Shown: positions 27,045-36,198 of the stretch, piece after piece
Numbering within the stretch: position 1 is the first letter of the stretch
How the letters are laid out: each line of letters starts with the position of its first letter
From: a virus
Taxonomy: Duplodnaviria > Caudoviricetes
Reading direction: 5' to 3' (one strand)
Length of the DNA stretch: 64,000 bases
Virus record (IMG/VR): IMGVR_UViG_3300046786_000304
Location: 1-64,000 of that record
Notes under the pieces: generated by a model
The model's database searches: none
What the model saw: the letters and a program-made list of their open reading frames with translations, nothing else
Told to the model about the DNA's origin: nothing
Position numbers and translations under genes: made by a program

Positions 27045-27073
27045 TTGACACAATTTGGTTTTGGTTGTATAAT
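27045..27073 (+). promoter_or_regulatory. Early promoter TTGACA-N17-TATAAT
   Basis: Perfect consensus; spacer nearly identical to the 26780 promoter; SD AAGGAG before ATG 27105. Confidence 0.8.
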
Positions 27074-27104
27074 ATATACATAGCGTAACAAAAAGGAGCA
27101 AAGA

Positions 27105-27383
27105 ATGTCTTATGTAATCGTTGCTAGAGGTACAGGTCTTATCGTAACTGATGGTCCTAATAAAACTAAAGCTTACAAAACTTACAGCGCCGCTCGTGCT
27201 ACTCGCACTCGTCTCTGCAATAAAGCAGGTTGGAATGCCGGTGACTTGAGCATTGTTGCTCGTGATACATATCGTGCTCCTAAGATTACTGTTAAGAATT
27301 TGATGACGGGTAAGAATGTGGTAATTGATGCAGATACCCCAAACTGTTGCAACCCTGCCAGCGAAACTTACTGGACAATGTAA
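27105..27383 (+). CDS. Hypothetical early protein
   Basis: Own promoter and SD; C-terminal PNCCNPASETYW. Confidence 0.75.
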   Translation: MSYVIVARGTGLIVTDGPNKTKAYKTYSAARATRTRLCNKAGWNAGDLSIVARDTYRAPKITVKNLMTGKNVVIDADTPNCCNPASETYWTM

Positions 27384-27384
27384 T

Positions 27385-27636
27385 ATGATTCACATCAACG
27401 GACTAACACAAGAACAAGTCGACATGCTGGATATCATCTGGAGTTTCGACACCAAAGAAGAATACAACGAATGGTTCGAAAATTTGGATCATGAGGAATA
27501 CCTGATGTGCCGCGGCTTGATGGAATTGCTGACATTGGCAATCCTCGACGAAGCACTCGAGGCTAAAAAGAAAGATCCTTACAAAGAGGCGAACCAAGTT
27601 ATCAATCAAATCAAAAATTTGACACAAAATAAATAA
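27385..27636 (+). CDS. Hypothetical early protein
   Basis: Start moved to ATG 27385 right after the upstream TAA. Confidence 0.65.
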   Translation: MIHINGLTQEQVDMLDIIWSFDTKEEYNEWFENLDHEEYLMCRGLMELLTLAILDEALEAKKKDPYKEANQVINQIKNLTQNK

Positions 27637-27647
27637 TCCATTATAAT
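27619..27647 (+). promoter_or_regulatory. Early promoter TTGACA-N17-TATAAT
   Basis: Perfect consensus; SD AGGAG before ATG 27668. Confidence 0.75.
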
Positions 27648-27667
27648 ATGGATTGTTAGGAGAAATT

Positions 27668-27832
27668 ATGAAACGAGAAATTATCACTGCTAAAGTTCCA
27701 AAACAGAAGCGACGTGCTGACTTCTTGTTCCATGATGGGCAGTTCAAACCAAAGAGTGTTCAAAGTAAAGTTTTATACAATCGTAAAAAATTGGCAAAGC
27801 TTAATATTGACACAAATTGGAAGGACTGCTAA
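27668..27832 (+). CDS. 54-aa basic peptide, ArfA-like pattern (absent from the ORF track)
   Basis: MKREIITAKVPKQKRRADFLFHDGQFKPKSVQSKVLYNRKKLAKLNIDTNWKDC; own promoter and SD AGGAG. Confidence 0.65.
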   Translation: MKREIITAKVPKQKRRADFLFHDGQFKPKSVQSKVLYNRKKLAKLNIDTNWKDC

Positions 27833-27835
27833 AAT
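27807..27835 (+). promoter_or_regulatory. Early promoter TTGACA-N17-TAAAAT
   Basis: TTGACACAAAT family member inside the 3' end of the 54-aa gene. Confidence 0.7.
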
Positions 27836-27901
27836 AACGGTATGATAAGCAATGGTGCAAGTCATACATTTTACACACACAGAGAAAAGGTAAATTTCAA
27901 A

Positions 27902-28159
27902 ATGGCTACTTCTAAACTTTTTACAGTTATCGGCGTTTCAACACTTGCGGGCAAAACTAAAGTTCGCTTTGCTAACGACCTCGCCACTCGTATTAAAAAC
28001 TTGGTCAAAGGCGGCCACACTAACGTGGAGCTCTTCGAGCTTCCCGAGGCTATGACCAAAGAAGCCGCATTGGCTTATGTTAAGGCGAACAGCTTGTTTG
28101 CTATTCCAGCAGATAGCGACGCTACTGCTGAAGATGTTATTGCCGCAGTCAACGAGTAA
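27902..28159 (+). CDS. Hypothetical early protein
   Basis: Start moved to ATG 27902 (AAAAGG upstream); followed by a terminator. Confidence 0.7.
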   Translation: MATSKLFTVIGVSTLAGKTKVRFANDLATRIKNLVKGGHTNVELFELPEAMTKEAALAYVKANSLFAIPADSDATAEDVIAAVNE

Positions 28160-28172
28160 TAGCATATTACAT

Positions 28173-28203
28173 GCAGGGGTGTTCTACCCCTGCCTTTTAA
28201 TTT
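28173..28203 (+). terminator. Intrinsic terminator
   Basis: GCAGGGGT-gttct-ACCCCTGC followed by cttttaatttt. Confidence 0.7.
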
Positions 28204-28213
28204 ATAAGGAAGT

Positions 28214-28435
28214 GTGATGAGCAGACTTCAATTGCATGGTAGACAATTTACGGTGTTTGATCCTAAAAATAAACAACATCGTGAGTGGTTCGCAGACTTT
28301 AACAAGAACAGAACTTGGTCTCGCTGTCCGGTTCGTTTTGTGGTCAATGACGACCATGGTGATTTGATCACCCAAATCCAACGTGAGTTAATTCAACATT
28401 ATGTTGACAAAGAATTTAAATTTAACAAAGAATAA
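28214..28435 (+). CDS. Hypothetical protein
   Basis: SD AAGGA; GTG 28214 or ATG 28217 start. Confidence 0.65.
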   Translation: MMSRLQLHGRQFTVFDPKNKQHREWFADFNKNRTWSRCPVRFVVNDDHGDLITQIQRELIQHYVDKEFKFNKE

Positions 28436-28436
28436 T

Positions 28437-28547
28437 ATGACAAAACCTGTTACACCAAAAGAAGGCACAAAAGTTCGTAGTTCAACTGGCGGCACCATCA
28501 CTTATACAAAGACAGGTTTGATCCACACTATGTCTAAGAATCGTTAA
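28437..28547 (+). CDS. 36-aa peptide (absent from the ORF track)
   Basis: MTKPVTPKEGTKVRSSTGGTITYTKTGLIHTMSKNR; fills the gap exactly between the upstream stop and the next promoter. Confidence 0.55.
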   Translation: MTKPVTPKEGTKVRSSTGGTITYTKTGLIHTMSKNR

Positions 28548-28576
28548 TTGACACAAATACGTTTAGACAATATAAT
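28548..28576 (+). promoter_or_regulatory. Early promoter TTGACA-N17-TATAAT
   Basis: Perfect consensus; SD AAGGAG before ATG 28607. Confidence 0.8.
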
Positions 28577-28606
28577 AGACACATAGTTTAACAAAAGGAG
28601 TTAGTA

Positions 28607-29716
28607 ATGGCAAAGCGTGAACAGGCAAATGAAGCCCGTACAGTAAAAATTACAGAGGCAAAACGGTATATCCGTCGTGCTATGAAATCTAAGCGACCCG
28701 TATTTCTTTGGGGTCCTCCAGGCGTAGGTAAATCCGACCTTGCCGCACAATTGGCAGAAGACATGGGCGGCGCACTTATCGACGTGCGTTTGAACTTGTG
28801 GGAACCTACAGACATTAAAGGTATCCCTTATTACAATGCTAAAGAGAATGTTATGAGCTGGGCTCCCCCAGCAGAACTGCCTACTAAAGAGTTTGCTAAG
28901 AAGCATCCTGTAGTAGTGTTGTTCTTAGACGAGCTGGCAGGTGCCGCTCCTGCTGTTCAGGCAGCCGCTTACCAACTTATCCTTAACCGCAAGGTAGGTA
29001 CTTACGAACTGCCAGATAACGTTGTTATTATGGCGGCAGGTAACCGTATGTCTGACAAAGGTGTAACTTATCGTATGCCTACTCCTTTGGCTAACCGCTT
29101 TGTTCACTTTGAACTTCGCGTGGACTTTGCTGACTGGAACGTATGGGCTCTTAAGAACCGTATCCATCCGGACGTTGTTGGTTACTTGAACTACCAAAAA
29201 GGTGACCTGTACAACTTTGATCCCACAGTACACGACCGCAGTTTTGCTACTCCACGTAGCTGGAGTTTCGTGTCAGATCTGATTGACGACGAGATGACAG
29301 ACAACGAGCAGACAGATATGGTCTCAGGTTGTATTGGTGAAGGTTTGGCTATTAAGTTTATGGCTCATCGTAAGATTAGCGCAGACTTGCCTAACCCCAG
29401 CGACATCCTGTCAGGTAAAGTTAAAGAGCTTAAGGTCAAAGAAGTGTCCGCCATGTACAGTTTGACAACTGGTATGTGCTATGAGCTCAAAGACAACTAC
29501 GAGAACGCTAAGAAGAGTGGTAAGCTGGATACATGGCATACCAACTGTGAGAACTTCATCCAGTTTATGATGGATAATTTTGAAGCAGAGATGGTTATCA
29601 TGGGTGCCCATACAGCACTTAAGAACTACAACTTGCCATTCGATCATAAGAAATTGAAGAACTTCCCAGACTTCTTCAAGCGTTACGCTCACTTGGTGGT
29701 GGATGTCTCTAACTAA
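28607..29716 (+). CDS. MoxR-like/dynein-related AAA+ ATPase
   Basis: GPPGVGKS, LFLDEL, MAAGNR, PLANRF, FATPRSW. Confidence 0.92.
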   Translation: MAKREQANEARTVKITEAKRYIRRAMKSKRPVFLWGPPGVGKSDLAAQLAEDMGGALIDVRLNLWEPTDIKGIPYYNAKENVMSWAPPAELPTKEFAKKHPVVVLFLDELAGAAPAVQAAAYQLILNRKVGTYELPDNVVIMAAGNRMSDKGVTYRMPTPLANRFVHFELRVDFADWNVWALKNRIHPDVVGYLNYQKGDLYNFDPTVHDRSFATPRSWSFVSDLIDDEMTDNEQTDMVSGCIGEGLAIKFMAHRKISADLPNPSDILSGKVKELKVKEVSAMYSLTTGMCYELKDNYENAKKSGKLDTWHTNCENFIQFMMDNFEAEMVIMGAHTALKNYNLPFDHKKLKNFPDFFKRYAHLVVDVSN

Positions 29717-30068
29717 GGCAATGTCAACTTTGACAGGCGTTAAACTTAACGTAGATAAGAAAGGGGACTTGATCCCCTTTCTTAGTACTACAGTTGACTT
29801 GGTCTATGGTGGAATGGATTATGCTAGAAGTGTGTTTGGCACAGAGAAAATCACCAGAACTCTTATTGTTAACTATTTTGATAACGCTAGGGTATATTGG
29901 AGTAGTGCGCAGATTCCACAAGGCACGTCAAGACATCAAGTTATAACTTGGTGTAAGGAACAAGGTATTAAGCCTTTACATTACTACACACCAATGTCAA
30001 AGAAAACTATTTGGTTTGAAGAAGAAGCTGACCGTTTTGCCTTTATATTAAAGTTTGGAATTACTTAA
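29703..30068 (+). CDS. Hypothetical protein
   Basis: Overlaps the ATPase stop; start 29703 or 29721. Confidence 0.6.
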   Translation: MSLTKAMSTLTGVKLNVDKKGDLIPFLSTTVDLVYGGMDYARSVFGTEKITRTLIVNYFDNARVYWSSAQIPQGTSRHQVITWCKEQGIKPLHYYTPMSKKTIWFEEEADRFAFILKFGIT

Positions 30069-30897
30069 AAACTCTTCCTACCAGTGTACCGGGATCTTTG
30101 GTCGGTTTATTTAATACGTCTTTTATTTTAGTAGTATGGTCGATTGACCAAGTATGGTCCAAACCAAATAATTCTAAAATTTCTATAGATGTAGTATGTG
30201 CCAGATCTAACATATCTCTTTTATCATCGTTAAATTCAAACGCCGGATCTATGCTATATACTTGATCTAAATTTTTATTAAAAATTAAATCATATATATC
30301 AAAGGTTATATAATCGTAGGTGTTGTGTAAAGGTCTCATTTCTGGATATGTATTCTCATAACCATCCATGAGTATTTTTGTAATTTCGATAAATTCTGGA
30401 TCATTTGTACCATACTTATATTTTAATAAGAAATACGGTATCCATAATTTTTCATAAGGAAACCTACAATATATTTTTTTATTTTTCCAAACGATATCTT
30501 CAAACGGATACAGACTTTCTTTAAATGGATGCTCTTTGAGATATCTGCTAGAATTGTTTTTTAATATTTCAAAAGTCAGATCAGTCTTTTTGGTAAACCA
30601 TCGATATTTTTGTTTAATTAATTCAATGGCTATCATTTCAATTAGTTCTGCCCCTGAGTATTCGACTGGTAAAGTTTGTCGAATTTTGTCATACTTGCCA
30701 TTATGACGAATAGTACTACCTAAAAAATTATCAAATGCATCAACAAAAAACCATTCTTTATTAGGTAGCAGGCCGCCTTGTTGCGAAAACGGTATTGGAT
30801 AAGATGATTTTAGTGTTAAGAAGTTTGCTAGGAAGGCTCCCATGTGACCCGGTTCCCACGTTATGGGAACAAAGTGTTCAAAAATTAAATCTTTCAT
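30061..30897 (-). CDS. AT-rich hypothetical protein inserted in inverted orientation
   Basis: 278-codon ORF opposite its neighbours; TAAATA-N5-ATG at 30897. Confidence 0.7.
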   Translation of the reverse strand: MKDLIFEHFVPITWEPGHMGAFLANFLTLKSSYPIPFSQQGGLLPNKEWFFVDAFDNFLGSTIRHNGKYDKIRQTLPVEYSGAELIEMIAIELIKQKYRWFTKKTDLTFEILKNNSSRYLKEHPFKESLYPFEDIVWKNKKIYCRFPYEKLWIPYFLLKYKYGTNDPEFIEITKILMDGYENTYPEMRPLHNTYDYITFDIYDLIFNKNLDQVYSIDPAFEFNDDKRDMLDLAHTTSIEILELFGLDHTWSIDHTTKIKDVLNKPTKDPGTLVGRVFK

Positions 30898-30902
30898 TGT
30901 AT

Positions 30903-30938
30903 TATTTATTTGACACAAATTAGTTCTGGCTATATAAT
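30903..30938. promoter_or_regulatory. Back-to-back promoters: minus-strand TAAATA (30903-30908) and plus-strand TTGACA-N17-TATAAT (30910-30938)
   Basis: tatttatTTGACAcaaattagttctggctaTATAAT. Confidence 0.75.
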
Positions 30939-30961
30939 ATATACATTAGTAAGGAATACAT

Positions 30962-32188
30962 ATGAAACTAGATGTTCGAGATCGTTTAACTAAAGCTCGT
31001 GTTAAGATGCTACTAAAGCATCCTTTCTGGGGTAACTTAGCTACCCGCATGAAGCTAGTAGAGAACAGCGACTGGCTGTCTACCGCGGCTACAGATGGTC
31101 GCCATTTTTACTACAATGAGAAGTTCATTGAAAGTCTAGACGACGATGAACTCGTGTTCCTATTTGGACACGAAGTCGGACATTGTGTTTACAACCACAT
31201 GGGTCGTCGCGGAGATAGAGATCCACAAATTTGGAACATGGCCGGTGACTACCTTATCAACGACATGCTTATCCAAAACAATGTAGGCAAGAAGATTACT
31301 AAGGTGCCAATCCTATGGGACCCTAAGTATCGCGACATGACCGCAGAAGAAGTCTATGACGAGCTGGTCAAGAATGCTGTCAAAATCCAAGTTACTTTGG
31401 ATATGCACTTGGATGGCACTGGTGAAGAAGGCGACAGCGAAGGCGATGGCGATGGCAAGAAGCCAGGCAAGGGTAAAGGCAGTGACGGCAAGAGTGGTAA
31501 CTCGGGTATCAAAATTGACGAAGAGACAATGAAGAAGATCCGAGACGAAGTTAAGGAAGCCGTTCTTCAAAGTGCTCAGGCCGCAGGTGCCGGTAACACT
31601 CCTGTAGGTATCAAACGCCTTATTAACCAGTTTACTGCTCCTAAGATGCGTTGGCAGGATCTGTTACAGATCCAATTGGAATCTAGTTTGAAGAATAACT
31701 ATTCTTTTACTAGACCAAGTCGCAAGGGCTGGCACACCGGTGCTGTTCTTCCAGGCATGTTGCCAGCAGAACACTTAGAGGTTGCTATTGCCATTGACAT
31801 GTCGGGTAGTATTAGTGCAGAGATGGCACAGGACTTCTTGTCAGAAGTTAAGGGTATGATGGACATGTATACAACTTACAGCATCCATGTATTCTGTTTT
31901 GATACAGAAGTGTACAATCCTGTAACATTTACAGATGATAGCGGTGACGACATTCACGACTACGAGCCCCAAGGTGGCGGTGGTACAGACTTTGACTGTG
32001 CGTTTAGGTACATGAAAGACAATGACATTAACCCTAAACAATTTGTAATGTTTACAGACGGTTACCCATTTGGTAGCTGGGGTGATGAGAACTACTGTGA
32101 TACAATCTTTATCATTCACGGCAATGACCAAATTGAAGCTCCATTTGGTGTTACAGCACACTATGAACAAGATAAAGTTACAGCATAA
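30962..32188 (+). CDS. Metallopeptidase-like (HExxH) + VWA-domain protein, partner of the MoxR ATPase
   Basis: TAATDG, GHEVGH, G/D/K-rich linker, AIDMSGS (MIDAS), GGGGTDF, FTDG. Confidence 0.9.
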   Translation: MKLDVRDRLTKARVKMLLKHPFWGNLATRMKLVENSDWLSTAATDGRHFYYNEKFIESLDDDELVFLFGHEVGHCVYNHMGRRGDRDPQIWNMAGDYLINDMLIQNNVGKKITKVPILWDPKYRDMTAEEVYDELVKNAVKIQVTLDMHLDGTGEEGDSEGDGDGKKPGKGKGSDGKSGNSGIKIDEETMKKIRDEVKEAVLQSAQAAGAGNTPVGIKRLINQFTAPKMRWQDLLQIQLESSLKNNYSFTRPSRKGWHTGAVLPGMLPAEHLEVAIAIDMSGSISAEMAQDFLSEVKGMMDMYTTYSIHVFCFDTEVYNPVTFTDDSGDDIHDYEPQGGGGTDFDCAFRYMKDNDINPKQFVMFTDGYPFGSWGDENYCDTIFIIHGNDQIEAPFGVTAHYEQDKVTA

Positions 32189-32202
32189 AAACTTAAGTTT
32201 TT

Positions 32203-32228
32203 ATAGACCCTTCGGGGTCTATTTTTTT
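32203..32228 (+). terminator. Intrinsic terminator with C(UUCG)G tetraloop
   Basis: ATAGACCC-TTCG-GGGTCTAT followed by a T run. Confidence 0.85.
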
Positions 32229-32275
32229 GACTTTGTCATTTAGTTAGTGTATAATACGACTATGTACTATAAATA
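32227..32275 (+). promoter_or_regulatory. TTGACT-N17-TATAAT promoter followed by an exact T4 late box TATAAATA (32268-32275)
   Basis: Both motifs lie in the intergenic gap; SD ATAGGAG before ATG 32309. Confidence 0.75.
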
Positions 32276-32308
32276 TTTGTGGTATATTATACATAGGAGT
32301 TACCAAAA

Positions 32309-32524
32309 ATGAATATTCAAGATTTATCTATTTTGCTTGCGGCTATTGAACTAGCAGTTAAGCGTGGCACTTTCAGCATTTTTGAAATCGGTGCTGTTGG
32401 TCAAACCACAGAAAAGCTAGCCGCATTCCTTAAGGATGCTAATGCACAAGCAGAAGCCGCCAAAGCTGCAGCCGAACAAGCTGCCGCAGAAGCCCCAGCT
32501 GAACCAGAAGCACCTGCTGCCTAA
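32309..32524 (+). CDS. Small helical hypothetical protein
   Basis: SD, strong codon bias, Ala/Glu/Pro tail. Confidence 0.75.
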   Translation: MNIQDLSILLAAIELAVKRGTFSIFEIGAVGQTTEKLAAFLKDANAQAEAAKAAAEQAAAEAPAEPEAPAA

Positions 32525-32536
32525 TAAGGAATCACT

Positions 32537-33142
32537 ATGCCTGAATTTATTAAGCATGTTGGGCAAGTGAACAGCACAGGCAAGAAGTGTGTTGTAGTGT
32601 TCAGGGAAATCCCTGGCGCGGCCGATTCTTGCCTTGTTGTTGAAACTGAGACATTGCCACAATTATATCATGATGATGTGATCTCTGCTGTTGAAAGTGC
32701 CGCGGCACAGGAAGACATGGATTTCTTTAAGTATGCTACACGTAGTACTCTTCATGATGGTAGAAATATGTTGGAAGCTATGCACTTGAGTGGGTGGATG
32801 AAAAAACTGCCAACAAGTGAAGTAACAATGTTGCCTACTAGAGAAATTAAGATTAGCTTACACGATCTTAATAAACAATTATCATCTTTAAACAAAGACG
32901 GTAGAACAACCAGTGGAGATATTTCTGCTGACGAAGAGCCTAGCACCCCAGCTGGCGTACTCGACGATGCAAAGATTGCTAATCAAATGCGTAGTCAAGC
33001 CGCATACTTCCACAAAGAAGCACAGCGTCTATTAGCTGAAGCGGAAGCACTTGATCCAAAAACAACTGCACCTGTTGTAACTGAAACTGTTACTGCTAAT
33101 CCAGAAGTTAGAGTTAAAAGAAAATATACTAAAAAAAAGTAA
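32537..33142 (+). CDS. Hypothetical protein
   Basis: SD AAGGA; 201 aa. Confidence 0.75.
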   Translation: MPEFIKHVGQVNSTGKKCVVVFREIPGAADSCLVVETETLPQLYHDDVISAVESAAAQEDMDFFKYATRSTLHDGRNMLEAMHLSGWMKKLPTSEVTMLPTREIKISLHDLNKQLSSLNKDGRTTSGDISADEEPSTPAGVLDDAKIANQMRSQAAYFHKEAQRLLAEAEALDPKTTAPVVTETVTANPEVRVKRKYTKKK

Positions 33143-33158
33143 TTAAGGAACCTACAAC

Positions 33159-33464
33159 ATGGCAATTAGGAGAAAGGATCGAAGTTTTGAAGAGATCCTT
33201 AAAGATGTGGTCATGGAAGAAGTTCCAATAGAATACATCACACACATTCAATTAAAATTGAATGACGGGAATACTTTAGAGTTTAGTCAAGAAGAACTAT
33301 CAGGCATGAAAGATGCTCGTGAAGTTTTGAAGGCACAAGGACTTGAACATTTGAGAGAAAGTGTACAGGACATCGAAGTTTTTATCGATAGTGCTAAGAT
33401 TAAAGGCAAAGTTATTCAATATGTGAAAACTTTATTAACCAGCCAGTTTGGCGATGAAAAATGA
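33159..33464 (+). CDS. Hypothetical protein
   Basis: SD AAGGA; coupled to thyX. Confidence 0.7.
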   Translation: MAIRRKDRSFEEILKDVVMEEVPIEYITHIQLKLNDGNTLEFSQEELSGMKDAREVLKAQGLEHLRESVQDIEVFIDSAKIKGKVIQYVKTLLTSQFGDEK

Positions 33465-34345
33465 CATTAAGAACAGAAATTGATTTTGAAAAAGATAAGA
33501 ACTATGTACCAGTATTGGATCATGGTTTTGTAGGTCTAGTAGACCATATGGGCAGTGACAGCGCAATCGTGCAGGCCGCTCGTGTCAGCTATGGTGCTGG
33601 CACTAAACAAGTTCAAGACGATCGCAATCTTATTCGTTACTTAATGCGACATGAACACACAACTCCTTTTGAAATGTGCGAAGTAAAATTCCACATTAAA
33701 CTTCCTATCTTCGTTATGCGACAACTTGTACGGCATCGTACTGCCAGCATGAACGAATATAGTGCTCGTTATAGTGTGCTTACAGATGAGTTTTACATTC
33801 CTGAACTAGAACAAATCCAGAAGCAAAGCACAACTAACAAGCAGGGCCGTGAAGAAGCTGAATGGGGCTTTGAAGAAAAACGTGGAGTACAGCATGCCTT
33901 CCAACGTAGTTTCCATAATGCTTATAAAGAGTATGCTAGTTTGCTAGGTAAAGACGATGACGGGCTAGCACGTGAGTTGGCTAGAAGTGTGCTTCCAGTA
34001 GGCGGATATACAGAATTGTATTGGAAAGCCAACTTGAAGAACTTCTTACATATGGCTCGCTTACGTATGGATCCACACGCACAATGGGAGATCCGAGAAT
34101 TTGCCTCAGCTATGTATAACTTAGCCAAGCCACTATTCCCAGAAGCATGCCAAGCATTTGAAGACTATGCCGTTAACTCTGTCAAGCTTAGTGCTGGAGA
34201 ATACGAGCTAGTTAAGAACCTAATTAGTCATAGTAAGTGGGTGTCATTAGTCGAGAAGTACGGCAATGACGAAAAAGCCCTGGGCTTGGACGCAGGGCTT
34301 GGTATTCGTGAACTAAGAGAGTTTAAAGAAAAATTAGGTTTGTAA
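33461..34345 (+). CDS. thyX: FAD-dependent thymidylate synthase
   Basis: IVQAARVSY, HEHTTPFE, RQLVRHRTASMNEYSARY, ARSVLP, HAQWEIR. Confidence 0.96.
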   Translation: MTLRTEIDFEKDKNYVPVLDHGFVGLVDHMGSDSAIVQAARVSYGAGTKQVQDDRNLIRYLMRHEHTTPFEMCEVKFHIKLPIFVMRQLVRHRTASMNEYSARYSVLTDEFYIPELEQIQKQSTTNKQGREEAEWGFEEKRGVQHAFQRSFHNAYKEYASLLGKDDDGLARELARSVLPVGGYTELYWKANLKNFLHMARLRMDPHAQWEIREFASAMYNLAKPLFPEACQAFEDYAVNSVKLSAGEYELVKNLISHSKWVSLVEKYGNDEKALGLDAGLGIRELREFKEKLGL

Positions 34346-34888
34346 TGGATCAATGCTTATCTCGTTGATATGTAGATAAGCAGGTTGTTCCGTTAACCAT
34401 TTAATATAATTGGCAGCATCCAGTATTGTAATTGTTTTACGATCTGGATGTTTTTCTTGCATGTTACTTAAAGTACCAAAGCTAATATAACTTACTCTTG
34501 GTCCTTCATTCCATACACCATTAAGGCACAGACTATTACAGTAGTCGCGTAATGCTTTCTTTTCCGCATTGTATAACCAATCCGTGGCTTTCATTACTCT
34601 ATCAGTTGTGCTACCAATAGCAATGATATGAGTTTTCTTTCCTAGTGCTTTTAATTTTTTGTATGTTGCTTCAAGTAACAATGTTTGATTAAATTTCCAT
34701 AATGCGCTACATAAAATAACAATATCATAGTCGACCGATAGTTCAGCAAAACGTTGTTGTTGTTCTGCTTTGGTTAAGTCATATCCGCAACTTCTACTTA
34801 TAAATGTTACATCATGCTCTGCTAGAGAATGTTTTAACCCTTCGGCTAGTCCGTAGATGCTATTACCTGCTACTAATATCTTTTTCAT
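34334..34888 (-). CDS. Short atypical SDR oxidoreductase
   Basis: ILVAGN..GL, GYDL, IGST, YNAEK (YxxxK). Confidence 0.75.
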   Translation of the reverse strand: MKKILVAGNSIYGLAEGLKHSLAEHDVTFISRSCGYDLTKAEQQQRFAELSVDYDIVILCSALWKFNQTLLLEATYKKLKALGKKTHIIAIGSTTDRVMKATDWLYNAEKKALRDYCNSLCLNGVWNEGPRVSYISFGTLSNMQEKHPDRKTITILDAANYIKWLTEQPAYLHINEISIDPLQT

Positions 34889-36198
34889 TTAAACAATCTT
34901 TCATATTCTGGTGCAATATCTAATATACTGTGTCCACGTGCTTGGTCTAAGTACTTTGTAAATTTAATAAATTCAGGAAGTCTTTCACTATAATCAGCAC
35001 CTAACATATATTTTGTAATGCTGTTTAAAATGTTTTCAGCGTTTTTAGCAATTTCTTCCGGATACTCTGCTTTGAATTCTTCAATGCACTTAGCGTAGTA
35101 TTCAACTACTTCTTGTTTCATGTCTATAGGCAATACACGCACATTAACACGTTTTGGTCCATGTGCCACGTGATGTGTTATAATAGGACGCTTTTTAGTG
35201 CTATTAATCTTTTTAAATCCGCTACTCTGCAATTTCCATTTCATAAAACGAGGTATGTGCCAAATGTTATATGCTGTTACTGTACAGGCCAGCCAAGCAA
35301 GTATGTTTGGATTCTTTTCTGCGTATTCATCTAACTTTTGTAAGTTCTTATATGCTTGGCTCCACTTCAAAGGCCAACGCTGATACTCAACTGTTTCGCC
35401 CATGCCATCCATACTAGCACCAACTCGAACTTGTTTGAACTGTGTCCACATATCCAACACACGCTGTGGTAAGTTACTCATGTTAGTATTGTATTCAATG
35501 ATCATCTTTTTACTTTGACCCATGTCAATACATTTTTGTAAAAACTCATAATGACGTTCAATCATCATTGGCTCGCCTCCGGCCATATAAACGTGCTTGA
35601 TGTTTGGAATATTTGCTTCTATCTGTGTCCAAAAAGTTTCGCTGTTATGCCAATCATAGTCTGTGGTAGTTAATCGTCCGTTGTCATTGCGAGTTAGTTT
35701 AACTGTGCCGTGTGTATCTTTATATTCATCGCTGCCGTGATAGTCTGTCCACTGTTCATACCAAGTATGGCTATCAGTGGGACCGCACATACGGCAAGCT
35801 AAGTTACATAAGTTACCAAAACGCAGATCATAGTATTCTAGTTTTCTATCTTTAACTGTGCCGTCTGGTTCTGTAATATAACGAGCATCATCTATGCTAA
35901 ACTTCCAATTTTCTAATTCATATTGTCTGCGACTATTAAGACCACTAGCTTCTTCACTTTGACAACGACCGCACTCTTGACTCCACTCTCCTGTCAGCAT
36001 GTTCTTACGAACTTCTTTCATTAGAGTAGCGTTGCGAGCAAGTTCCATATTGTCACGGCCTGCATTGTAAGGTGTTCCATCTTCGTGTCTAACTACACCT
36101 TGATTCTCTGTTACATTAGCTTGACAACATACACGAATGTCGCCATTGTTTCGTACAGCTTGAAAGTTCCAAGGTATCGGGCAAAATGTATTACTCAT
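34885..36198 (-). CDS. Radical SAM protein, subtype A (N-terminal Twitch)
   Basis: FCPIPW...VCC...CGRC; CNLACRMC; AGGEP; start moved to 36198 (TAATG overlap). Confidence 0.92.
   Translation of the reverse strand: MSNTFCPIPWNFQAVRNNGDIRVCCQANVTENQGVVRHEDGTPYNAGRDNMELARNATLMKEVRKNMLTGEWSQECGRCQSEEASGLNSRRQYELENWKFSIDDARYITEPDGTVKDRKLEYYDLRFGNLCNLACRMCGPTDSHTWYEQWTDYHGSDEYKDTHGTVKLTRNDNGRLTTTDYDWHNSETFWTQIEANIPNIKHVYMAGGEPMMIERHYEFLQKCIDMGQSKKMIIEYNTNMSNLPQRVLDMWTQFKQVRVGASMDGMGETVEYQRWPLKWSQAYKNLQKLDEYAEKNPNILAWLACTVTAYNIWHIPRFMKWKLQSSGFKKINSTKKRPIITHHVAHGPKRVNVRVLPIDMKQEVVEYYAKCIEEFKAEYPEEIAKNAENILNSITKYMLGADYSERLPEFIKFTKYLDQARGHSILDIAPEYERLFK

Noticed and set aside
34334-34345. Convergent overlap of thyX and the SDR gene as an antisense control device
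   Set aside because: A 12-nt tail-to-tail overlap is ordinary in compact phage genomes; no further signal.
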